A DNA stretch of 64,000 nt from Podospora anserina (Eukaryota), in the NCBI GenBank assembly GCA_017654855.1, contig CM030333.1:248001-312000 (forward strand), given 5' to 3'. Below, piece after piece: positions 29,001 through 42,000 of this stretch. A program made the position numbers and the translations under genes. The notes under the pieces were generated by a model. The model saw nothing but the letters and a program-made list of their open reading frames with translations, made no database searches and was not told the origin of the DNA. Numbering within the stretch: the first letter of the stretch is position 1; every line of letters starts with the position of its first letter.

Positions 29001-30967
29001 CTAGTAATTTAAAAATAGGGTCCTTTAAAATAGCTTGTTTTAACCTTTAAAAAGCCTATATTTCCTTTCACCTTTACCGAAACTCTACGTTTTTCTTAAT
29101 TAAATAATTAAATACCTATGTGATCATTACATATTTCCAAAAATAAATCTTATAAAAAGGTTATAAATTTTTAAAATTTTTTAATACATATTAATAATTA
29201 TAACGTAAATTTCTTTTAAATAATATAATTTTCCTAGGTTTTATCTAAACTTTACTTAATAATATTAAATATCCTAACTATATTGTTTTTTATATATAGA
29301 ACTTACTCTTTTCTTTATTAATTGAAGGTCCGGCTTTATATAATACGTTAAATGTTTGTTATATATACTATTTATATTGTGCTAAGATATATAAATAAAG
29401 AAAATTATTACCGAAATAATATATTATTATTTTATTAAGATATTTCTGGATTATATAATGAGTAAGAGATTAAAATGTTATAGGTATATTAAATAATTCG
29501 AATGATATTATAAAGTATTTAAAATATTTATAAGGTATATAAAACCCTATTTTTTATTATTTCTTTCTTTAATCTATATATAAATATATTTAATACGTAT
29601 ATTTAAGTATATAAATTATTATATTTTAGTTAATTAACTCCGTAATTTGGTTATTAATAGTAATAAGTAGTTATTCTTTACCGCCTTTTATCGGTACGAA
29701 GTAAATAGGATATTTTACTAGTAATATAAACTCATTAATATATTTTCTTTTTAAACATTCGTCTTAATATTACCGTAACGTTTTTGTTTACTTACCGTTA
29801 ATATAATAAACGTTAAATAACCGTAGCTTAACTCTTTCTTTTAACTTAATTACGTAGTTCTATAGTCACCGCTTTAAAATCACTTTTAATATTTAACCGT
29901 AAATGTTATATATCTTGAATATTCTACCGGTACCGCTTTTTTCCCGCCTTTTTTTATATTATTATAATAAACATATTAATTAACCTCCGATATTTTTATT
30001 CATATTATTAACCTTACTTCTTTGATTTTACCGCCTATATCTATAAATTATACTATTACTTTTTTAACACCTTACGGTAGAACTATACAAGATACTTATA
30101 TTATACTTTATTCTATATATACTTTTAATTTACTATTTTTAATTAAATACTTTTAAAGGTCTTTTAATGGTAAATAACTACTATCCCTTTAATTGATATT
30201 TAAGTTAAGATTTAATACTATAATTACCCTATAATTATATCCTGCGAGGGTTCTATCTTTATAATATTAAGTATAATTATAATGATTTTCCCTTCGATTA
30301 TAATATTTAAAAATAATATTTCTCTATAAACTCTTTACGTTAAAACTAGTATTTATATTACGATTAATCTTTTTTAAATATCGTAATTTGGTATACGAAT
30401 TATAACGAAATCAAATTTATTTCCGTACTTTTATTTACTAATATAACCGGTTAAATATTTTTTAAATATATTATAATTTAAAAGCGTTTATCTTTCCTAC
30501 TTTTCCTTAATATAATAGTAATTTTATTAATAAATAGCGGGTTATTATTTTATTTTTTTACTTTATACCGATATTTCCGATAATACTTTTTATAGTCTAT
30601 TAAAATTACCGGCCCCCGCGAAAAGCCGGAAATCGTTTCTAAAATAATTATATTCTTTAAAAGGTTTTTCTTATTCAAAGTCATTTAATAACGTAAATTC
30701 TTTTAATTATTTCCGCTTAATATCCTTTTACTTCCGTTTTTAACTTGTTTAATATCTTACTATACTGATATTTAATAGTAGTTTTACTACTTAATCATTT
30801 CTCTAAATTTTTTTGTTTAATAATACCGTTTAACCTTTTTTCGTAAATAAAACGTATAGTCCGGGTTTAAATATTACGTAAGTACTACTTTATTTTGTAA
30901 ATCTATATTATTTTTTGTACCTTATTCTTTTACCTATTGAAAGTAATATCGTATATATTTAAATATA

Positions 30968-32450
30968 ACGTATATTATAAGCGAGTCGTACATATAAGCG
31001 AGTCGTACAGTCTCCACCACCCTACAACAACTATCCTCAATTATACCGCAACAACATTAGGAAGCAACTACAATTACATCAGAAACGGCTGAATCAAATG
31101 ATTCCCCAGCCTCCTGGCAAGTGCGCGCGTTATGGCCAGGCTTGCCGCACACACCACAGCACCGAACCGTCGTACGAGCCCCCCCTGCACTACCGCCATC
31201 CGGCTGTATTTCTTCCACTACCTCCCCACCCACGGCCTTCTGGTCTAGTAGATCCTGTGCATCTTGCACAGTAAGTGATCCTCCGAGCCGTACACGTGTT
31301 TTTTTAGTTCTCCGGCGCTTACTTAGTGCCTCATTGGCCTTACGGAGCGAAGAGACCTCTGCCTGTAAGAGGGCCACTTAGTGCATTACAGCTATCGTAC
31401 CCTTAGTAAATTGATCTATAGCACCTAATATTAAAGTCGGGGAGTTATTTTGATGGTTGGTAATACGAGTCTTGATAAGCGTTAGGTGTGAGTTAGCTTC
31501 TCGGGGGTTTTATAGTGTTTGGAATACCTAAAGGAGTACCGTTATTTGCCCTTCGTACGGGACGATGTATAATAATCGAAGTGCTTGATCCAATCTAGGC
31601 CTACCGGATTGGTAGTCCAGCTATTATCGGTAATTGCGATACGCTAGGTAAACAGTAAATTACACTCGGTATACCAGTTAGTAAAGTAGTATTATGCGGC
31701 TAAAATAATAAAGGGCGGGATAGCCTAGCCGAGGGCATTAACTCCCTAGATTACCGTTACCCACTCGCGGTTACTAGGCTGGGCCAGTTTTACCTTACTA
31801 AGGCCGTCCGAGGTTATAACTACCATACCTACGAAAATAATACCTATTATAAACCTAGTCTCGTCGAAGTTATAAATATCGTTATCTATAATACCGTACT
31901 TAACCTTGGTATTCCGTACGAACGTAAACCACTCGGCAATAACCTTCGGATCCTCGCACTTAGCCCTCTGGTAATCGTATCTACGCGTAAAACGCATACG
32001 GAGCTGTGGCTGGCGTTTAACGAAGTTGTGTGCCCAGAGCTTGCTAACAGGGGGCGCGTCGCGTACGCGCAGCAGTTGGTTAGCCATATCTTCCACACCA
32101 CGTAACCTTAGTGGAAAAGCTCGCGTAGATAGCTTAATAATATAGTAAATAATAGCCTCCTCTTCGGATTGAGTAAGCTTCTTCGATCTGGGCGTAGTAT
32201 CGCGTCGTGCAGGCCGGCCGGCGCGTCGGTTAGAGAGAGTCATAGGTGGTACGTTGTAAAGCTTAGCTACAGCTCGGAGGCTTAATTTTTCGTCCTTTTG
32301 GAGAGCCTTAAGGGCTAAGAGTATCCTGGCTTCCTTTGAAGTAAGAGGCATGTTGGGTTGTGGAAAAAATTGATGTTAGGTGTAAGGAGGACGCGTCGTG
32401 GTGGAGACTGTACGACTCGCTTATATGTACGACTCGCTTATAATATACGT
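30968..32450 (-). mobile_element. Fot1/pogo (Tc1-mariner) DNA transposon, internally deleted
   Basis: 53-bp perfect TIRs (acgtatattataagcgagtcgtacatataagcgagtcgtacagtctccaccac), TA target duplication, 1483 bp. Confidence 0.95.
31057..32351 (-). pseudogene. Fot1/pogo transposase relic
   Basis: HTH/CENP-B-like N-terminus, YNFDET motif, C-terminal CxxCxxxGHxxxxC knuckle; RIP stops and ~375-bp deletion near 31550. Confidence 0.92.
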
Positions 32451-33481
32451 TAAACTATATTACTTAAAAGCTATTGTCTAATTTAATTAAGCCTTAAATT
32501 TCAATAGGAAAAAAATATTTATTTCTTTTTAAACTTTTTCTATTTGACTATTATATTCTTGATTAATTATATTTTACTTTCATTATTTATTTCTTCTACC
32601 GGCTTATAATCGTATAGTAATATACTTTAGAAATATATTATATATTTATATATAATATATTTAAACCAAAGTACTTTTTAATTTTCCGGATTTGTAAAAT
32701 AAAATTATATTATATTTTCTTTATAAAATAAATATTGTATAATTAAAGTTGTTTATTTTAATTATTTTTCGTAGCTTTTATATACGAACTTTTAAATCTT
32801 TAATACTTATTATATATAGATTATCCTATATTATTTATATTACTGTTTTAATTTCGTTTACCGGGTAACTCCTTTTTATTATATAGGACTATCGTTTTTA
32901 ATAACACCCATAGTAATATCTTTAATAATTTATATTAATTAATCTTATAATTTTTATACCTAAAACATTCCTTTTTTATACTTCGCTTTTAACCTTTTTA
33001 TTATATTCCGTAATTTATAAAATTCTACTTCTTTTTATTTAGTATATTAACTACGGTTTTCTTCGAAATTCAAAGCTTTACTTTCTTAATATCTAATAAC
33101 TATAACTTCTATAATCTTTAATACTTTTAATATAGTAATTACCGTAATTTCTTTTTTTAATTAAATTATTTAAATATTTTATAATCCTTTTTAAAGTACC
33201 TTACTTTACTATAATAAAATAACTTAAAATTACTTTAACTTTAATTCCGGCCTTACAGCCTTTACTATTATATAACAACCTCTATCGGTCTTTCGTAAAA
33301 AATACCGGGGTAACTAATATTAAAGTATTACCGCTTACGTTTATCGTTAAAGCGGTTATTACTATACTATCCCTTATTATTATTTCTCTTCTCCGTATAA
33401 CGTTTAAACTACCGATCGTTAATCCGTATAACTATAACGATATATTTATCGATAATATTAAACCTCGACTTTTTATATAAT

Positions 33482-33871
33482 TATAACGAACCCCTATATA
33501 GAACCTTTAAAAGAGATACTGGTTAAAGGTAATTTCTGATAATTGGTTCGGTGTAGCTAAACAGTACACAATAAGATATCTCGATATAAATATAAGATGC
33601 TATGAATATAACTGTGAATTGCATACTGCGGAACTATCTACAAGCTATTTAGTTCCTCCGTATATATAGACCTATAGATTACCTGGATCGCGTTCCTTAG
33701 CGGTGATCCGGATTATATCCTCCACCTGAGGCTCACTATGATCACCGTAATCCTGTCGCTCCGCTCACCGGGATCACCATGAGCCTTTCGCTCCTCTTCC
33801 GACTGGTCCGTAATGACTGGCCAGGGGCGCCCCGCGCCCCGTGCGTTGGTCCCCCATTAACGATTGTGATA
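33482..33871 (-). repeat. Solo Gypsy LTR (GATCAC/GCTCAC-type U3) inserted in gag
   Basis: Conserved R/U5; gag sequence continuous across it; flanks ataat/atact (4/5 TSD). Confidence 0.85.
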
Positions 33872-34532
33872 ATACTTTATCCTTTATTTTTTAAAGCCGT
33901 TATAAAAAAACTATATTAATCCTTTTTTATTAATAGTATTATATAAGCTATGGACTTTAAATAAAACCGCGTAATATATTATTATACGCGTTTAATATAG
34001 ATTTATAAACCTCTTTTACATATACTTTACCTTATCCTACTCCCTAAATACTTCTTTAGATTTTTCCACGAAAATATAATAACTTTTAAAGTATTAAACC
34101 GTAATTTTCTATTAATCTTCCCTCTCTTTATAATAGTTATTTAAGATAGGTTCGAACTATATAAAAGCTTTATATTTAAGCTTAAATACCGTAAAGATTA
34201 TTTTTAATTTTTATTAATAAATTAATATAAATAGTAATAAAATTAGGTTTTAAACTAAGTTAAAAATACTTTAAGCTCTAGCCTTTCTCTTCTATAATAC
34301 TCCAGTACCGGGAACCTGAATATTAATTTAAGTATAATTATTCTAGTAATAATCTAATACCGGATTTATAAGACTTTACTTTGAAACTTTTTAATATATT
34401 TAATAAAGTATTCCGTAAATATAATATCCGATCTAATAATAATAATAAAAGGTCCGTTATTATTTAGGTCCGGCTATAGTAATAAAAATACTTTTAACTT
34501 ATTTATAATAAAGTTAAAATAAATATATACCG

Positions 34533-34940
34533 TATAACGAACCTCTATTTAAAGCCTTTAGAAGGGATACTAACGAAAGATATACTGAAATAATCCTGGT
34601 CCGGTATAACTGAATAATATATATTAAATGAATTATCTTAATTATAATAATTTAAATGTTAATAATTATAACTTATAGTTATATATTACTGAACTATTTA
34701 TCTATATTAGTTAGTTCCTCCTCATATATAGACCTAGGGACCGTGGACCGTTGACTTCCAGACGGTCCTCGGTCCTCTCCTTATTAGCCGATAGTAGACC
34801 GTGGCCCGTAAGCCCCGCCGCGGTCCCCGGTCGCAATCTCATTGGTCTATCTTGTCCACCTAGACCGTAAGCCCCGCTCAATCGCCTGGTCCAGTCCTGA
34901 TTGGTTCCTTACGTCTCCACCTTCTCCCAAAACCGTGACA
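34533..34940 (-). repeat. 5' LTR (GGACCG-type U3)
   Basis: tataacgaacc...aaccgtgaca; adjoins leader and gag start on the minus strand. Confidence 0.9.
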
Positions 34941-36510
34941 ATATATAAAGTTCCATCTTAATATAGTAATGTTTTAAAAGGAGGCTCAAATTAAGTGTAT
35001 AATTTAAAATGAAAATGCATAAAGTTTAATATAAAGTTTAAATTACTAAATTACCCAGTATTATATACAAACAATAACTTCAATTCTCTCAGGTTATATT
35101 ATTCTATATTAAGAATATAGTTACTACGGTGTTTTTAAAAAGTAAAAAGATTTTAGTACTAGAAAAGAGGAATCTAATTAATATATTCCAATTTATCATT
35201 ATAACATATAGATATCACCTTCAATATTCCTGGTAAAATATTAACTTGAATTATAATTTTTTTACCAATTATTAAAGGAAGGATTATGATATAGAAGGGA
35301 GAAACATCAGTAAATTTAAATACTATTAATTTAATTATGAAAGTATGATTAAGCTGAAAATATAGCCGCTAAATAGGTTAGTAAATTAATTTGAATTATC
35401 CTAATTAAAATAAAAAAACATAGGTTAATACGTGAATAAATGAAAATACATTAATAAGTAACAACAATAAAATATGTAAATTAAAATATGTTTAGTTTTG
35501 TGTTTTCAAAGCTCGATTTTAAGCCTATGTCGTATTGAAAGAAGAAAGAGTAAAGTTCATTTTAGGATATCTATAAGAAAGTGGGGAATTAAAAGTAATA
35601 AAACAAAATATTATAAAAGCATTAAATTATCTTGAGTAACAAATTATAAATGTTATTTATTTCTTTCACAGAAGAAGTAAATAAATCCCTAAAGCTGCAC
35701 ATTGATTACTATAAATACATATAAAAGTCATGAAAAATCATTACTCTTCTGTTTTATACAATAAAATATCTTTATTCTACTTTTATAATTCACTTATCAT
35801 TTTTGGAAAGTTTATTAATTAAAATTTTCCAAGTTACTTCTATAACTATTACAGTATAGTACATATCTTAATAATATCGTAAAATCTTTAAAGAATAAAA
35901 AAGAATATTCGTAATATATAAATCAAGTATGAAGCTGGCTTAATGTAAAAAATAATCAAGAGCAGTTTTATACTATTAAGATCCAATTGTTAAACTTTAG
36001 AAATCTAATTATTTGCCCTTTTGGGAGTAGCCAAGGCTACTATTGCCGTATCTTACGTTGCCCCGGGCGCTTTGATGTAAAAGACAGTTATTTATGAAAA
36101 TTACAATTAATAATATACAAATAAGTTGAACGTCATTTATTGATTTTAAAGGTATTTAGTTCTCCTTCGGTTTTCATAGTTTTTACCAAAGCTTTTAAAA
36201 ACTATATTACTCAATTGTATATTTATTAATATTATTGATTTAGAGTAGTGTCACGGTTGTGAGAGACAGTGGAGACGCAAAGAACTAACCAGGACTAGAC
36301 CGGGCGATCGAGCGGGGCTCACGGTCCACGGTCCAGTATCGGTCAATAAGGAGTGGACCGGGAACCGCCTATAAGTCAACGTAACGGTCCACGGTCCTTA
36401 GGTTTATATGTATAGAGGAACTGGTTAATGTAAATAGATAATTCCGTAATATATAATATCGATCACAATCGTTAATATTTAAACTATTATAATCGAAGTA
36501 ACATATTTAT

Positions 36511-37100
36511 TTTTAAAATACAGCTTTTATTTGTGGATTTTACAGTGTATCTGAGCCCTGTAGAAGACAGGGCCTCAGAGGCAATACAATGGCTTGAATC
36601 AGCAGTGCTTAGGCACTACCGTTGCCGGAACGGAACTCGGCCTCCTGAAGCAATCCGAAGTCCCGGAAAGCCGAACGCTAAGGCCAGTGCCCTGCAGCGG
36701 TTAAACGGTAGCGCAACGTAGCCTGTAACGTGGCCTGTAACCTTATTTTAGTTAGCGTACTTAGCGGGCGTTCGGGCCCGGAAACGGAGTCACCCTCGGG
36801 GAGCGAGTGGAAGACCGACGGCCTATAAGACCTCTGCCTCACACTCTATTCACTGTGATATTTCCTAGTCTGTAAGGTTCAATCAATATACTGGTTCACT
36901 ATACTTATTAGTGCCTTACAAGCCTATGTTACAGTGATTACCTTCCATATATTACAGGGCGCCGCCCCTGTAATCCACCTTCCTTCAGTGCCCCGGTAAC
37001 TGTCGAATGCTGCAGTCAAAGTCTTCTTCGCTCTCAGTGTACTGCGCCGATAGCTATTCGAGCCTATATTCTACATGCCTCAATAGCACCTATATCAACA
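36511..37100 (+). repeat. Solo LTR of an unrelated family (possibly Ty1/Copia)
   Basis: 590-bp GC-rich insert ending tcaaca, tttat/tttat 5-bp TSD, host LTR resumes after it; 5' terminus degraded; strand inferred from tataag and tcaatcaata placement. Confidence 0.7.
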
Positions 37101-38695
37101 TTTATTATATACTATTTAGCTATACCGAATTAGGATTATTTAAAGGTGCCTTTAACTAATATCCCTTTTAGATGTTCTGAATAAGGGTTCGTTATACGTT
37201 ACCCACTTACTTTAACTCTATTATAAATAAATTAGAAGCGTTTTTTCACTACTATAGCCGGACTTAAGAATATTTAAATAGAAGGCGTTATGCCTAGCTT
37301 AAATAACGAGGAACCTACCACCAGTATTAGACCTACATTTATAACTATAAAATAGGTTATTAAGCGTACTAAGAAACTCGCGAATAAAGCTTAATAAACC
37401 TGGAAAGAAATTATCATTATTTTAATTATACTTAAAATGATGATTAAGTTTTAAATACCGGAATACTATAAAAAGAAAAAAGTAAAAGTTAGAGGGTCTT
37501 TAGTATAATTGAAAACCAATTTTCGTTTTTACTTAAATTCATTTACTAACGAAAAGTTAAAAGTAATTTTCGTAATAATAAAACTTAAGGATAGCGCTTT
37601 TATAACTTGAACCTATTTGTAATAATTACTATAAAGAAGAGCCGGAAAGTTAGGAAAAGATTACGGTTTAATATTTTAAAAGTTATCGCGCTTTTAAGAC
37701 TAAACTTGGAAAGGTATTTAGGAAGTAGAACGAGGTAAAGCGTACGTAAGAAAGGCTCGTAAACCTACATTAAATACGCTTAATAATAGATTACGCAGCT
37801 TTATTTAAAATCGATAGTTTACGTAATACTATTAACGATGAAAGGTTAATATAGGTTTTCTATAACAGATTTAAAGAAAAAATACAGGACGAGTTATATA
37901 AAGAGTTAAAGCTTAATACTATCTATAAATATATCGATATAATTACATAGATTGACCATTAATAATTCTAACGTTGTACGAAGAAAAGAATTAATAATAA
38001 TAGGGATTACTACGGTAATAACTACCCTAATAATAAATAGAAATAACGATGTTTTATAAAAGTTACTTCGGTATTATATATGTAGGACTAATTAATATTA
38101 GGGTTATATAATGATAGAGGCCGTAAAGCCGGGGCTAAGGTAAAGATAACCTTAGGTACTTTTATTATAGTAAAGTATAATATTTTAGAAGGATTAAAAG
38201 GTATTTAAATCATTTAGTTGAAAAACAGAGATTACGGTAATTATGATATTGAAAAGACCGAAGGTTATAGAGGTTATAGTTATTAGGTATTAGAGAAATA
38301 AAGCTTTAAATTTCGAAGAAAACCCTAATTAATATACCGAATAAAAAAAGTAAAGTTCCAGAAAGTACGGGAAGTAATAAAAAGGTCAAAGGTAGAGTAC
38401 GAACAAAGAAATCTTTTAATATAAGAATTACGGGATTAATTAATAAAAACTGCTATGGAAATTATTACGGGAATTATTAAGAATAATAACTTTATATAAT
38501 AGGAAGGACCTACCTAGGATATAACATTAAAGAGGTAATAAAATTAATATCAGGATCGCGAAGTTGCTACGATAAATACCATTGGTTAAATAATATATAT
38601 TTTATAAAGAAAATATGGTATAACTTTATTTTAAATATCCGGAATATCGAAGAGTAGTTTACTTCAAATATATTATATACGGATGTACGGTATAT

Positions 38696-39078
38696 TGTGA
38701 CGAACCCCTGTACAGAACCTCTGAAAGGGATACGGGTTGAAGGTAACTTCTAACAATTGGTTCGGTGCAGCTAAACAGTGCACAACAAGATGTCTCAATG
38801 TAAACACAAGATACCGTGAATACAATTGTGAAATTGCATACTGCGGAACTGTCTATCCACGCCAGCCAGTTCCTCCGTATATATAGACCTAATGCCAAGC
38901 CTGGCACCGTCCTGGATCGATGGACTCGAGTATCGATCCCATCGATACTGTCCATTTTGGGATTGACTCTTCTGGATCGTTCCTCGATCCCAATGATCCT
39001 GTTCTGACTGGTCCTTGATCCTGTTCTGATGATTGGTCCGTGGTGCGCCTGCGCCCCGCTGAGTGTCAAGCCGTGACA
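38696..39078 (-). repeat. Solo Gypsy LTR (GATCGA-type U3), little RIP
   Basis: tgtgacgaacccc...ccgtgaca, perfect tatat/tatat TSD, same subfamily as LTRs 52652 and 59608. Confidence 0.95.
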
Positions 39079-42000
39079 TATATTATTAAAGGAAATCATT
39101 ATATAGTTATTAACTAATATATAAAGTAAATATAGAGAGCAAATTATAATTAATTAGGAAAATCATATTTAAATAGGAAACGTTCTAGGAGGAAATAAAC
39201 GATTATTTTTTTATAGAAGAACTAGGACGTAATTAAGTGAAAAATAATTTTTAAGTAATATAATATATGTTTAAATATATAAAATCTTACTTCGATTAGA
39301 TTAATAAAAGAAATATAAAAAATAATATAAGTCTATAATAAAAAGTCATACTTACGTAATACCTAAGCCCGGACTATACGCTATATTGATAAAAGAAAGT
39401 TAAGCGATACTATTAAATAAAAGAGTTTAAAAAATACTTGAATAGTGGAACTGCTATTAAAAAGAAGTTTAATAAAATATTAGGAAAATTAAGAACAGAA
39501 AATAAAACAAAGTTAAGCGAAAGTAATTCAAAAAATTCGCGATATTAAATAACCTAAAGTAAGAAAACGTCTTTAAAGAATATGACTATTGAAAAAAATA
39601 ATTTATAGTCCTTTACGGAAGCCGGTAACCTTTAACGGATTAGAAAAAATATTTTTAGAATTATCGGCGTAAAGCAAAGGTATAATATAAAGACCCGATA
39701 TTTATTAGCGAAATCGTTACTATATAGAGAGGAAGTAAGAAAAATAAACGCCTGCAAGGTATAGTTTGTGAAAAGGATATTTAAGCGGTAATATTACTAA
39801 GTGAAAATATAGAAATAAACTTAATTTCTTTATAGTTCGTATAGTATATGAAAATAGTATGATAAAAAGAAGGAATAAATCGTTATGTAAAGACTATTTC
39901 CTACGTAAAATGTCTACAAAAACTATTAATTTTAAATGTTATAATCGAAGGGAAAACAATCTTGATTGTATTCAATATTATAAATTCAAGACCTTCCAAA
40001 CATATAGTTCTAAAGTAATTATAGTATAGAGACTATAATCTAAATATTGATTAAAAGGAATGTAATTACTTGCGCTTAAAAGAATTTTAAAAGGATTTAA
40101 TCAGCGCATGAAAATTAAAAATATGTATAAAGTAAAGTGTAAGAAAAATACTCTTTACGGTACTATTGTTTAAGACCTAAGAAATAATAATACATTTTAT
40201 CGACATAAGCGGTAAGATCGAAAAAGTAAGGTTAACGACGTTAATAGAGATATCGGAAGTTAATAAGTATATTTATTATAATAATGTAAAAAAAGGCGAG
40301 AAAGAAGCGGTACCGGTAGAGTATCGAGGATACTTAACGTATACGGTTAAATATTTAGAGGGACTTCTAAAGTATGGACCGTAAAACTATAAAATTAAAG
40401 TAAAAGAAGGAACAAAACTACGGCTATTTATGGTTTATTATATTGATAATAGATAAAGTAAGGAATTATAAAAATACTTGAACGAAAATTTAAAGAAAAG
40501 ATATATTAAGGAATCTATATCGCTCATAGGATACACCGTATTTCTCGTATTCAAAAAATAGTAACTTATAACTATATATAAATTATTGCTAACTAAATAA
40601 TAAGACGATAAAAAATAACTACCCGCTACCGTTAATATTTTAATTACAAAGTTAATTAGTTAGTATATTAATAATTTATATACTTAAGAATATTTATTAG
40701 GTACATTTATATGAAGATTAAGAAAAGGATAAATAGAAAATAGCGTTTCGCATACTTTATAGTTATATCGAATATCTTATAATACTTTTTAGGGTAACTA
40801 ATACGCCCGCGACGTTTAAAGCTCTCGTCAACTATATAATCCGGCAGTACTTTAATACAATAATAATATACTATTTTAACGACGGTTTTATTTTTTTACA
40901 TACGCTAGAGGAATATAAAACGATACGTACGAGAGATATTTAACGTACTGTATAAAACCGGACTTTTAATTAATAAAAAGAAGAGCGAATTTTACGTATG
41001 AAAGATAGTATATTTGGAAATATTAAAAAATTATTAAGTAAGGTTTAATAGAATGTAAGAGAATTGTAGTAGTTGAAAACTAATTTATATTATAATTATA
41101 AATATATCTTCAAGAGTTTTTAAAACTTATAAACTTTTATTGGATATTTATTTAGAAGTATATAAGGATTGCGCGGCTATTTAGTTACTTAATGAAGAAA
41201 AACGTAGAGTTCCGGTAAAGGTAGGGGGGAAAATAGGCCTTTTAAGAGCAAAAGAAAATTATTTGAAGGATATAATATTTAAATTATTAAAGCTGAATTA
41301 ACTAGTCGAGGTCAAAATCAATATATTAGATTATACGATTAGTAAATAATTCAGGTTGTAAAATAACGACGGAAGTTTTATCCGGTAATTTTTTTTCAAA
41401 GAAATGAAAGGAAATATATTAGAACTAGTTAATTTATGAAAAAAGTTACTCGCTATTATCGAAGCGTTTCAAAAGTACAGGTTATACTCTAATAATACTA
41501 ATTACGTATCCGAGAACTCGAGGGCCGGGCTTAATAGACCGAAAAGCAGATTACGGTAATCCGCTCGAGCCCCGCGTAAATAATTAAGTTCCCGGTACCG
41601 GAACGCTATAGCCGCGGTAAGGAAAAGTTTAAAGGAATTTTCACCTAGTTTAAATCTATTTTCGTTATTATCTAAACTAATTTATTACTGAAGAGTCTAA
41701 CGTACTATTCACAATTACTTAATTTAAGCAAATAGTATTTATACAGTTCGAACCTATTTTAAACAATTATTATAAATCTTTAATTATTGAATAATAAAGT
41801 GATATAGTCTATCTAGTATTTCTGAAATTTTCTGAATGTTTAAGACCCAGCTTAAAGAGGTATTTAAAAAATAAAATAAGGCAAGGCGCGCGTAGGGGAG
41901 ACTCGTAGGTTTATATTAAACGGGTTTAATAGTGAAGTATACGGCTTTATTTAGGATCGATAACTTACATAATAAAGTTAACGATAGAGGGTTCATATAA

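Larger units (their letters stand above)
26980..34940 (-). mobile_element. Ty3/Gypsy chromovirus, 3'-truncated, with nested Fot1-like element and solo LTR
   Basis: Reverse complement colinear with gag-pol-chromodomain of the 52652 element; 5' LTR 34533-34940; similarity fades near 27000 in the decayed tRNA-like segment; left boundary approximate. Confidence 0.85.
36249..41506 (+). mobile_element. Gypsy 5' part (LTR, gag, PR, RT, part of RNase H) with two nested solo LTRs
   Basis: 5' LTR 36249-37196 (GGACCG-type, interrupted); internal colinear with the 52652 element up to aataatactaattacg. Confidence 0.88.

Noticed and set aside
31121-31381. Plus-strand 86-aa ORF (also 31886-32101, 44527-44739, 44916-45152)
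   Set aside because: Shadow frames of transposase relics
36533-36721. 62-aa ORF (also 52906-53136, 59486-59680, 51533-51727)
   Set aside because: Lie within or across LTR/TIR sequence; no coding evidence
38659-39099. Three overlapping ORFs
   Set aside because: Chance frames over a GC-rich solo LTR
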